Below, piece after piece: positions 45,973 to 54,716 of a stretch of 64,000 nucleotides of DNA. Under the pieces are notes generated by a model, which had not been told where the DNA came from, did not search any database, and saw nothing but the letters and a program-made list of their open reading frames with translations. The first letter of the stretch is position 1; each line of letters opens with the position of its first letter. The DNA lies in IMG/VR virus record IMGVR_UViG_3300028845_000328, one strand, 5' to 3'. The stretch comes from a virus. The position numbers and the translations under genes were made by a program.

Positions 45973-46451
45973 TCCCTGAATTCCCCCAATTTTATTTTAT
46001 TTAGAAACCATTCGATATAAAGTGCTAAATCCTGATCAGATAGTTGAGCAGCATCATAATAAGGAATAGTTTCACCGTCTTGTTTCTTGACGTAAAGAAG
46101 AACGGCGCTTACTAGCTGGTATTTTTTTCTGTAAATATCGCCATAAATTTCCTCAATCATACTTTCCGGTGAACGAAAATAATCTTTTAATTTCCGGAAC
46201 GGATTTAATATAACTGAATGTGGAGGTCTTTTGGCTTTATGCAATTTAGTTGCATTTTTTTTTGCTTCTTCGATTAAGAACTCCAGTCTATCAATCAAAT
46301 CTATAAAAAGACACTTCCAATTCCAGTTTCTCCAATATTCATTATCATTGGGACTACCAGGAGAAATATTTGAAATTTTTACGGAATCCCTTCCTTTGCT
46401 TATTTCATTTCTTACCCCTTCAAATAGTTCATTTATTTCAAATTCAGTCAT
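45969..46451 (-). CDS. Hypothetical protein
   Basis: Track ORF, translationally coupled (TAATG). Confidence 0.55.
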   Translation of the reverse strand: MTEFEINELFEGVRNEISKGRDSVKISNISPGSPNDNEYWRNWNWKCLFIDLIDRLEFLIEEAKKNATKLHKAKRPPHSVILNPFRKLKDYFRSPESMIEEIYGDIYRKKYQLVSAVLLYVKKQDGETIPYYDAAQLSDQDLALYIEWFLNKIKLGEFRE

Positions 46452-47458
46452 TACAATCCTCTAATTCCACGCTGAAATACAAGATACTCAATCCCGGATT
46501 CATGTGCAGCCATTATCACACCAGCGTTATATGCCATAGCGGATTCAGTGAATGCAAATCTTTTAAAATTTCTATTCAACCTCATTGTTAATAGTTCTGA
46601 TTCCTTCCCATTAAGTATCTGTAAATACTCATCTTCAGACATTTTACCTTTTTCTACAAGCGAATAAAGGTCAGGGAAGGCCATTTCTGACTGCAATTCT
46701 TCTACCGACTTATTGTCTCTTATCGAATCAGCTATCATGTCACCCCACATTTTTCGCAGGTAAATGTAAGGCTTTCCTCCTCTCTTGGGTTGGCCGTTCT
46801 CATAAATAATATTTCCATTTTCATCTCGGTCATATACTGCTATCCAATCTGCTGAATTAGATTTTGACCATGTTTCTGCAAGATTTCGAATCCTGTTTTT
46901 GTCGAGCTTGTCCTCCATCAATTCCGGATCATCCAGGCCAACTCCAAGCTTAAACGTAAAAGCCCTATCGTAATCTTCAATTCCCATTGAATTCACTGTT
47001 TCCACTGGCAGTTTTAGCGCACCCGTCAGATAACCAGACAAATATCCCAGAAAAGTTCCAGTGTCTCCTATTTCTTTATAAACTGGATTCCAGTCATTTT
47101 CCAGATACCTAAATAGCCAGTCATCATATTCCTCTGAATCAAATGTTTTGATTTTGTTTTCAGGAGGTATGTCGCCTGAACCAGAATTATCTATTTGCAA
47201 ATCAACTTTTGGCCTACCTTCCGTACGCGGTTGTTTATCAAATAGCTTTTGTAAAAATTTAGGAAGGTGTCTCTTCCCCCAACTAAAGAGACCTTTTCTG
47301 ATGTATAAATCAGATGCCTTGATACTGATTTTATCAGGGCCAAGCGCCTGATATTCAATCCATTTCAAGTAGTCGGCAACCAATAGCTGGAATTGCCGAC
47401 CTGCTCTCGATTTTAAGAACGGACTTTCCTTAGAGTCCCAGGGATTGGAATAGATCAT
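46451..47458 (-). CDS. MuF-like minor head protein lacking the C-terminal Cys/His module
   Basis: RNFKRFAFTESAMAYNAG resembles the MuF RIAxTE...N.G motif; ends about 20 aa later; near the portal. Confidence 0.6.
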   Translation of the reverse strand: MIYSNPWDSKESPFLKSRAGRQFQLLVADYLKWIEYQALGPDKISIKASDLYIRKGLFSWGKRHLPKFLQKLFDKQPRTEGRPKVDLQIDNSGSGDIPPENKIKTFDSEEYDDWLFRYLENDWNPVYKEIGDTGTFLGYLSGYLTGALKLPVETVNSMGIEDYDRAFTFKLGVGLDDPELMEDKLDKNRIRNLAETWSKSNSADWIAVYDRDENGNIIYENGQPKRGGKPYIYLRKMWGDMIADSIRDNKSVEELQSEMAFPDLYSLVEKGKMSEDEYLQILNGKESELLTMRLNRNFKRFAFTESAMAYNAGVIMAAHESGIEYLVFQRGIRGL

Positions 47459-48056
47459 CCGTTGCCTGAGCCAATTGCGATAATTTTGTTTCTACGGAGG
47501 TCCCGACTGTTTTGTAAATTGAGTCAACCTGACCGGAATATTGGGTAAATCTTTCCGTATGTGCAATTTTTGCAACTGCTTCGGACAAATCAGAGACAAT
47601 TTTCCCTGAATCTTCCAGCCCTTCCGCGGCCTTATCCAATATAGCATTCATCACGCCGGATGACCTAACCTGCAAATTACGGTTAGGCGCATCCATAATA
47701 CCGGAAACCAAAGCGAATAATTCTGACTTTGCATTTCTGTGGATATTATCGATAGACGATTGAATAAATTGTTTCCCGTCTTGGTTAGGCTGAACCGTCG
47801 GAGAAGTCTGCGGTTCGGGTGCTGATCTCTTGTCAGCCTCATGCTTTTTTTTCTCTTTTCTTGGCTCGGATTTCTCATTTTGTTCTTCCTGTAAAGTCCC
47901 AAGAATAGAATTTGTTTCCTCATCCGACAACCCTTTATCAAGACAGTATTTTTCAACCTCGGCAAGAGTTTTAAATTCATTTGATTGAATTCTCTCTCTG
48001 ATTCCCGATAACTCATTCTCAATACTGATTTCCCGTGTTCCGTTTTGTTCTGTCAT
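47430..48056 (-). CDS. Hypothetical protein
   Basis: Track ORF with an AAGGG/GGAAGG-type SD. Confidence 0.6.
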   Translation of the reverse strand: MTEQNGTREISIENELSGIRERIQSNEFKTLAEVEKYCLDKGLSDEETNSILGTLQEEQNEKSEPRKEKKKHEADKRSAPEPQTSPTVQPNQDGKQFIQSSIDNIHRNAKSELFALVSGIMDAPNRNLQVRSSGVMNAILDKAAEGLEDSGKIVSDLSEAVAKIAHTERFTQYSGQVDSIYKTVGTSVETKLSQLAQATDDLFQSLGL

Positions 48057-48081
48057 ATTTTCTTACCTTCCCTTTTTAAAA

Positions 48082-49830
48082 TTATTGATTTTTGTGTTCC
48101 GCAATCGCTCTTGCCGCGATAGATTGCTCTGGGTCATCGTGGACTGAAGATGTTTCGTTTTCTCCACCAATAAAATCATCATCTCCCCACGGCAACTGTT
48201 GCTCATTCCCAGAATTCAATTCGTCTGGCAGTTGTTGGGTTTGCTGAGTATTCTGATCGACCGTGAAAACCTTTGATATTTCCTGCGATACATATTGATT
48301 TCCTACCAACATGCCAAGTTTTCTGAACTTTTTGGCTTCATCCTCGGTAATGATACCATTCCTGAGTGCTTCATTCGCCTGGTCTTGCATTGTTGGCAAA
48401 TCATTTTCTTTTAGAATTGAATCAATATTCCTATAAGTTCGGAATTGTTTTTCATGAAGGTCGGCTTTTTTTGATTCATCGTTTGTTTTTACTCCTACAA
48501 AAACGATTTTTGAAGGTAACTCCATCTCTGGGTCTATAATTTCATTTAAACAATCCTCATGAAATGTCATTATAGACCCGTGGATTCGATCACGAGAGAA
48601 GTTTTGCCTTCCATCCATTGAAGGCTCCGATAAAGAGCTGGATTGATTCAGACGTAAACCAAGTTGAGCTGGGTCCATTCCATGTCGAGCAATGATCAAA
48701 GAAGCTGTCATTTGCAGTAATTTATCAAATGCAAAATCATCTTCGACATCTAAATTATGAACCTGCATATCCCCAACACCGAACATCATCGGCAACCTGA
48801 AATTTGGTCTAGGGCCGTAAAATTGATTTTCCCATTGAAGTTCGAGGCGCTCTTGATCCGCTTTCGTGAGCTGGTTCTTGGTTGTTATTATTGCCCTTGG
48901 TGGATTTCGGTGATTGAAACGGTCTGCATTCCATCGCAAGGAGTTTACCAATGCCATTATCTCAGTAATGCACGATTCAATCGGAGAATATCCAAAACCA
49001 CGCATCCGAACATCCGAAAGATTATTCTTATGACGATAGATAATTCTTCCTGCTTCGAAAACTTCAGTTACCGAATTTTGAATCATTTGCACGTGAGTGA
49101 TTCTTTTGTCTCCACGGTACCCTTTTCTTGGATCGACTCTATAGATACTCCCTGGGTCGATATACCGAATATCGCAAAGTTTTCCAACCCTGTTATAGGT
49201 TTTTAGATAGGCTATCGCATCAATGGCAAGTGTGTCACGAGTAGCCATTTCAAGCACTTCTCCCATCCTGTCACGTTCTCTCCAGTCATGTGTAGATTTG
49301 TCTCCCATAATCAGCAGGATATTTGCGATATTCTCAAACTCATTCATTTGTTCTTTTGTTGGTCTCTCATCTTTCCGCTTTAGTTTTATTTCAAAGCCTG
49401 GGTCTTCCTGATATTTCGCATACATAGAGCAATCGTCTGAAACGATCTGGTGAATTGCCCCAATTAGAGAGGAAGAGTAGGAAATATTCCGCAAATCATC
49501 CGTGGTTATCCGGAAAATTGGTCTGAGTTGGATTCCTTGATTATACATAATGAGCGATTCGTCATTGTATAACGGATTTTTCCTATCCTTAGCTGATTTC
49601 AGGATTTCGTACATTTGGTTATTCAGGTCAATCGCCTGACTAAAAGCTTGCCTTGCTGGTTCATAAAATGCTGATTTCCGGAATAATTCTATCGGCATGG
49701 TTTCCGGGTCACCGGATTGTGTTTTTTCGATTGGAGTTGCATTTCCGCTTACAAGCTTTTCTCGGAATTCTTTAGGTATTCGGTTTAAGCGATTTTTTTC
49801 GTAGTTTGCACCACGCGGTCTTCCAGCCAT
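48082..49830 (-). CDS. Portal protein
   Basis: IRYIDPGSI, GFGYSPIE, FDKLLQMTASLIIARHGMDPAQLG; follows terL. Confidence 0.9.
   Translation of the reverse strand: MAGRPRGANYEKNRLNRIPKEFREKLVSGNATPIEKTQSGDPETMPIELFRKSAFYEPARQAFSQAIDLNNQMYEILKSAKDRKNPLYNDESLIMYNQGIQLRPIFRITTDDLRNISYSSSLIGAIHQIVSDDCSMYAKYQEDPGFEIKLKRKDERPTKEQMNEFENIANILLIMGDKSTHDWRERDRMGEVLEMATRDTLAIDAIAYLKTYNRVGKLCDIRYIDPGSIYRVDPRKGYRGDKRITHVQMIQNSVTEVFEAGRIIYRHKNNLSDVRMRGFGYSPIESCITEIMALVNSLRWNADRFNHRNPPRAIITTKNQLTKADQERLELQWENQFYGPRPNFRLPMMFGVGDMQVHNLDVEDDFAFDKLLQMTASLIIARHGMDPAQLGLRLNQSSSLSEPSMDGRQNFSRDRIHGSIMTFHEDCLNEIIDPEMELPSKIVFVGVKTNDESKKADLHEKQFRTYRNIDSILKENDLPTMQDQANEALRNGIITEDEAKKFRKLGMLVGNQYVSQEISKVFTVDQNTQQTQQLPDELNSGNEQQLPWGDDDFIGGENETSSVHDDPEQSIAARAIAEHKNQ
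49687..49717. repeat. 31-bp direct repeat, copy 1 (in the portal 5' end)
   Basis: ttctatcgg[c/t]atggtttccgggtcaccggat, 30/31 identical to 50006..50036; palindromic core TCCGG-N4-CCGGA. Confidence 0.85.
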
Positions 49831-49837
49831 GCAAAGT

Positions 49838-49867
49838 GACGAAAATAACAGAATACTTAATTTGCAA
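49838..49867 (-). promoter_or_regulatory. Late-promoter-like motif TTGCAA-N17-TTTCGTC
   Basis: 7 nt upstream of the SD-less portal ATG. Confidence 0.7.
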
Positions 49868-49993
49868 TCAATTTTTTTATTATTTGCAAATACAATGTTT
49901 CAATACTGATTCTATTGGTTTCTCAATTTGTATATGATTCTCAAAATATTTGCAAATTGAGGAAAAATCGGAAAACTAATGTTATAGTTAATG

Positions 49994-50347
49994 CTACGTT
50001 AGTGGTTCTATCGGTATGGTTTCCGGGTCACCGGATGGAGGACTAACATATCCAGGGAATTCAAGAAGTTTAGAGATTATATTATAATCCATAGCAAGAG
50101 TTCGTGCATGAGACCGCAAAAAATTTAGGTGTATAGAATCTACTTGGAACCTGAATCTCCTTATTAGTTTTTTTAAGATTGGAGAACCATTTTCATCAAT
50201 TTTAACAATTCCTTCATTATCTACTTCATATTCTTCACATTCACCAGTCTCATCGTCAGCTTTAAATACATTTGGGACGATATAATTTTTATCTAAATCA
50301 AAAACGTTAACATATCTTCCTATTAAGGTATCTCCTGAAATAATCAT
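49994..50347 (-). CDS. Hypothetical protein whose C-terminus copies the portal peptide SGDPET(I/M)PIE
   Basis: GGAGGAG SD; contains repeat copy 2. Confidence 0.6.
   Translation of the reverse strand: MIISGDTLIGRYVNVFDLDKNYIVPNVFKADDETGECEEYEVDNEGIVKIDENGSPILKKLIRRFRFQVDSIHLNFLRSHARTLAMDYNIISKLLEFPGYVSPPSGDPETIPIEPLT
50006..50036. repeat. 31-bp direct repeat, copy 2
   Basis: See copy 1 at 49687..49717. Confidence 0.85.
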
Positions 50348-50476
50348 ACTTATTTCTCCTCCATTTATTCAATTAATATTAACTCATTTTTAGAGTTAAT
50401 TGTTTCTCTCCTTGGAAATCTGATGTTTTTATCTATTCCAAATGAAAGCTTCCTTCATTTTCCAATCTACTCCTAA

Positions 50477-52210
50477 TTAAAATCCACGTTTTTTTGCTTG
50501 TAAACGGCGTAGTGATTCCAGAGATTTCCCTACGATATTCTGTTGTTCTATCTTGTCGCTATTTATTTGTCCTGGTATAGTTATCGTCGATTGATCAGGT
50601 GGAGAAATGAACTGAACCATTGATCCGGCGTTCTCTTTTATCAGGCGAACCGACATTTCCAAAGCGTCAGGACCGTCCTTTTTCATGTATGGGAAGGAAT
50701 CTAACTGACCGTGCAAAATGACCGAATCATCCCGAATTTTTAACTGCCCAGAAGCTATCATAGGTTGCAATTGGGATTCTATCCTTTTAATTTTGTCTCC
50801 GGAATTCGAAATCCCTACGATCGGGACTAAAATTCTATCTTTCGGCATAAGTCCATCGACTTGATTCATGCAAAGTTCATTGTAATCTTCAATTTTCTCC
50901 TTAAAATTCTCAACGAAATACTCCTGCCCTCCGTTATCTTCTATTCCGCAAACAGCCCACGGAAATATCCTCAAAGCGCTGATTAGGTCTTTCATTATCT
51001 GGTCAGGCCGGCGCCGTTGAATATCAGAATAAAGCTCCAGGAATTCTCCGTTAGGAGAAAGCCCGACTCCTTCAATGGCAGAAAAATCCGATCTTTCTGT
51101 TTTCCCCTGAGACAAATCAACCGCAAGCGCATTAACCCATCCATCAAATGAGGATGGTCTATGAAACTTCCATGTCCTTATAAGTCCTTTAAATTTCTGA
51201 CCGACCTCTGGCAGTGGTTCGTTCTGCCTCTCCTGAGCAAATGTAACAGGATCATCTTCTCGCTCCTTAAGAAGGGTGGCAAGTGGGGCTCCCGCTTGCC
51301 AGGTAGAAAATTCTTGTCCGTTTGAATCAGTTTCGAGGGCCTTGTATTTTTTCCGTATCCAAGATTTATACCTATCCGAGTTGAAAACATACTCTCCGAC
51401 GCAATTAGGTGCAATTGTTGTGTAGGAAAGGATTACATCTATTCCCCAGACAGCTCCAAGCTTCAACGCTGCCCGTTCCAGCCACCGGTATTTCCGTGTC
51501 ATGGTTGATTCAGAGGCTACATCTTTTTCCTCGTCCGGGTCGTCCAGTAAGAGCGCGTCTGGTCGTATATGCTTATATCGCTTACCACGGATTGCATTTC
51601 CCCAGCCCTTTGCGATACATCGAAAACCTCCTGAAAATACCAGATCAAAATCCGACCAGGACACATTTTGCCCTTTAATATCCTTTTTTGGGAGTAATTC
51701 AGGGAAATCATTCTGCAATTTCTGATTGTCTTCAATCTCTTCCTGTATTTTCTGAAGAAACTCTTTTGCTTGAGTGAGTGTCGAAGAAATCAGTATCGGA
51801 AATTTCCAAGTTCCAGTAAGAAGTAGCCATAATACACCGCAAAGAGTTAATATCGTGGACTTCCCAAAACCCCTTGATAGAGCGACAAGAGAACGGATAG
51901 GGTCCCTGTTTTTTGTTCCGTCCCTATTTTTCCTAGATCGGTAGGACTGAATCAGATTTATAAGTTCCATTTGCTGATCACCGAATCTGATTGAGAAATA
52001 GTTTGGGAAATAGTGCCGGCAGAAGAACAAGAAAGAACCTCTTTTTCCGGTTGCACGCCTCCTACAGATATTTTTTTCTCTATTTTCAGCAGATGTCTGC
52101 CTCTTTGAAAGCCGCGCCTTTACATTATTCACAGCTTCAGCGAGTATCGCAGGGTCAACATTCTCGTAAGGAGTTCCTTTTAGTAATTTTTTCAGAGCTA
52201 AATTACTCAT
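50477..52210 (-). CDS. terL: Terminase large subunit
   Basis: Walker A SRGFGKST, Walker B LLLDD, nuclease AVDLS...SDFSA...DGPDA. Confidence 0.95.
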   Translation of the reverse strand: MSNLALKKLLKGTPYENVDPAILAEAVNNVKARLSKRQTSAENREKNICRRRATGKRGSFLFFCRHYFPNYFSIRFGDQQMELINLIQSYRSRKNRDGTKNRDPIRSLVALSRGFGKSTILTLCGVLWLLLTGTWKFPILISSTLTQAKEFLQKIQEEIEDNQKLQNDFPELLPKKDIKGQNVSWSDFDLVFSGGFRCIAKGWGNAIRGKRYKHIRPDALLLDDPDEEKDVASESTMTRKYRWLERAALKLGAVWGIDVILSYTTIAPNCVGEYVFNSDRYKSWIRKKYKALETDSNGQEFSTWQAGAPLATLLKEREDDPVTFAQERQNEPLPEVGQKFKGLIRTWKFHRPSSFDGWVNALAVDLSQGKTERSDFSAIEGVGLSPNGEFLELYSDIQRRRPDQIMKDLISALRIFPWAVCGIEDNGGQEYFVENFKEKIEDYNELCMNQVDGLMPKDRILVPIVGISNSGDKIKRIESQLQPMIASGQLKIRDDSVILHGQLDSFPYMKKDGPDALEMSVRLIKENAGSMVQFISPPDQSTITIPGQINSDKIEQQNIVGKSLESLRRLQAKKRGF

Positions 52211-52757
52211 CCCGCACTTGAGTTTCCAGTACTTTTTCCTCTATGAATTGCTCAAGACCAGCGAGTATCTTTTCACGCGCCTTCTCCTCCTTGGCCTTGG
52301 TTTCATCCTTCATTAGATAGTGCGAATTATTCAGGTAAGAAACAACAACAGATACTTCTTTAGGAGAAAGCTTGCCTCTTCTTTTCTTCATAAACTGAAT
52401 CCAATCGATCAGGATGTCATACATATCGAACGCTATAGAATCCGATTGTATTCTGAGAGCTTCGATTCTACGTTTTGTTTCATCCTTGTAGGCATTCTGG
52501 AATTTAATTCCGACTGGTTTATCTGAATATAGCCAGTGATGAATAGTTTTGGGCGGAATATTGAGTTCTTTTGCAGTTTCTACTATTGTAAACCCGTCAA
52601 TTAGAAAACAGATAGCTCGATATTGTTGAGAAGAGACAGATGTCTTACCACCACTATCTGAACTTTCTTCTTCGGTTAGTAGGTATGAGAACTTTGAAGT
52701 CGGTTTAGCGTTTTTCTTCTTTATCCTGATTTTACCTGATTTTTTTCTCACAGCCAC
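52203..52757 (-). CDS. terS: Terminase small subunit (HTH)
   Basis: HTH TIVETAKELNIPPKTIHHWL; immediately upstream of terL. Confidence 0.7.
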   Translation of the reverse strand: MAVRKKSGKIRIKKKNAKPTSKFSYLLTEEESSDSGGKTSVSSQQYRAICFLIDGFTIVETAKELNIPPKTIHHWLYSDKPVGIKFQNAYKDETKRRIEALRIQSDSIAFDMYDILIDWIQFMKKRRGKLSPKEVSVVVSYLNNSHYLMKDETKAKEEKAREKILAGLEQFIEEKVLETQVRDE

Positions 52758-52855
52758 AGTAGCATTTCAGATTAAAGAATTTATTATGTCAAGTAATTTA
52801 ATCTTCTGTATCCAATATGCGAATTCAGCAGCTACATGCTCCAGAATTTGTTAAA

Positions 52856-53743
52856 TTATTTATGCTTTTCCAATTCATCCAGAAATTCCCGAACAACCCG
52901 CGACCGCTTGACCCATTTGAATATGTCCTGCTTGGAGTTCATTATCGCTCGTGCATATGCCTCCGGACCGCCTTTCGGGAAGCCTTTGGCAAACGATCTG
53001 GCATCTGTTAGCGCTGAATTGATTTTAGTGGAATATTTTTGAGATATTTCGGATATTTTTTCCTGCTTTTCCGCCTCAATATCTTTCGCATGTTTGAGCC
53101 GGGTGAGATAGGATTCGAGATTTGAGTTTAGTTTTTCGATAAGCTCTTCGTTGTCTGGGAGCTTATATTTTTTGCTGGAGGCATTATCGCGCCGAATCTC
53201 ATAGATATATTTACGGAGCGTATCGTATGGTTTCCAGTAAAAATCTTTTGCAATTTTTTTTATATTGCCCTCTTCCTGAAGGGCCGCAACTCCTCCAATC
53301 TTGGGATCCTCAAGAAGATAGTCCAATCCGTATTCTTTTATGAGAATGCTTTTAAAAACCTCTTTGGAAAAAGGCTTAGCGTTGTCGTTATCGCCATAAA
53401 GTACCTCAAATTTGCACTCCTCATATGGTGTCAGTAGCTGGGCGCATGGTAGTTTATAGTTTTCCGGTAGTCGTTTATTTCGTACTAGTTTTAATGATCC
53501 CTCAAATCGTCTCCGGCCCTGATATATCCAGTGCTTTCCGTGTTTATTTTTTTCCTTAGAAACAAGCAGTGCCTTATGTTTCGGTAGTTTTTTTATACCG
53601 GCCAGTCCTGCCGTAAACGCTAATCGTTCCTCTTTTTCATCCTCAGTTTCAACCGCTCCCCTAATTACCCTTTCCGGATTATCCGGGTGAACCTCTAATT
53701 GATCTAGCGATAACTCAATAATGTTTGTTGTTTCGTATGCCAT
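52856..53743 (-). CDS. ParB/Srx N-terminal-domain protein
   Basis: LDQLEVHPDNP...WIYQGRRRF. Confidence 0.65.
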   Translation of the reverse strand: MAYETTNIIELSLDQLEVHPDNPERVIRGAVETEDEKEERLAFTAGLAGIKKLPKHKALLVSKEKNKHGKHWIYQGRRRFEGSLKLVRNKRLPENYKLPCAQLLTPYEECKFEVLYGDNDNAKPFSKEVFKSILIKEYGLDYLLEDPKIGGVAALQEEGNIKKIAKDFYWKPYDTLRKYIYEIRRDNASSKKYKLPDNEELIEKLNSNLESYLTRLKHAKDIEAEKQEKISEISQKYSTKINSALTDARSFAKGFPKGGPEAYARAIMNSKQDIFKWVKRSRVVREFLDELEKHK

Positions 53744-53821
53744 TTATAACACTCCATTTTGACCGAATTTTTAAATGGGCGTTAAAATAGTAGTGTTATT
53801 TATTTCGGATTGCTAGAGACA

Positions 53822-53850
53822 TAAAAACGACTGGTCATGTGGTCAGTCGT
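53822..53850 (-). terminator. Rho-independent terminator after the Dam-like MTase
   Basis: acgactg-N10-cagtcgt stem plus a T-run on the minus strand. Confidence 0.55.
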
Positions 53851-53874
53851 AAACGATATTCGGATGATTAGTAG

Positions 53875-54360
53875 TTACCGGCAAGCGTAGGGACGCAGCA
53901 CCATAATCAAACAGGGCTGAATATCCGAACTCTTAACCGGGTTTGGTGTATTATCTTCAACGGCAAGCCACCTGATTTTACCAGCGTATCGTATTTCCGC
54001 TCCATTATCTTCAAGAAATGAAATAACCCTCACCTGATAAATTGGGAAAATCAATACGCTGGTATTGCCTTTGTCCCTTTCCGCAAGTGCTTTTCGCGCC
54101 CATGCCATCGGTCCTATTTTGCGTTTGCCAGGTTCTTTTGCCATTCCTGTAAATGGTGGATTTACCCAATTACTTTTACCCCAATCAACTTCAAGCCCAT
54201 CAAAACCTTCGGGCCGTGGAAATGGGCAAGGGTCAAAGTCAAAATTGAACTCATCATTTAATGGTTTCAATTTATCAGGTGGCATCAGCCAGTAATGTCT
54301 TTGGTCAGCCCTGTTTGACGTATCAATAAATTCAGGACCGAGAACGCCAGCCGGTAACAC
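53875..54360 (-). CDS. Phage N6-adenine DNA methyltransferase (Dam-like, PF05869 type)
   Basis: WLMPP...FDFDPCP...DGL..DWG..NWVNPPF. Confidence 0.85.
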   Translation of the reverse strand: MLPAGVLGPEFIDTSNRADQRHYWLMPPDKLKPLNDEFNFDFDPCPFPRPEGFDGLEVDWGKSNWVNPPFTGMAKEPGKRKIGPMAWARKALAERDKGNTSVLIFPIYQVRVISFLEDNGAEIRYAGKIRWLAVEDNTPNPVKSSDIQPCLIMVLRPYACR

Positions 54361-54365
54361 AGCAC

Positions 54366-54605
54366 CTAAAACGCAAGCGGCGGACGGACAACAAACGGGC
54401 TATCAAATAAATGTTCATTTTGTATATCCATTGTTTCAACCGATGCAGAAGATGGGTTCAGAAAAATACACCTTGAAGCATATTCACCAGAAGCATCACA
54501 TCTTACAGGTATTCTAACTTTTGCAGAAGTATGAACTCCATCTCCTTTTTTGTCTACTTGCATTGATACCTCGTACCAATATGTGCAACCTTTATGTGTT
54601 TTCAT
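54366..54605 (-). CDS. Hypothetical protein
   Basis: Track ORF. Confidence 0.4.
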   Translation of the reverse strand: MKTHKGCTYWYEVSMQVDKKGDGVHTSAKVRIPVRCDASGEYASRCIFLNPSSASVETMDIQNEHLFDSPFVVRPPLAF

Positions 54606-54716
54606 GTTTTAAATTCCCATTAATTAATTTAAAGTTTTAGCACGACTTATTTTTTTTAGGCAAATATTTTCTTGCTGTATCAAATTCAAAAAATCCTAAT
54701 TGTGGATTATGCGGCA

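Noticed and set aside
50477-52210. Intein or group I intron in terL (common in Twort-like phages)
   Set aside because: The ORF is continuous, of ordinary length, with no intein or homing-endonuclease motifs
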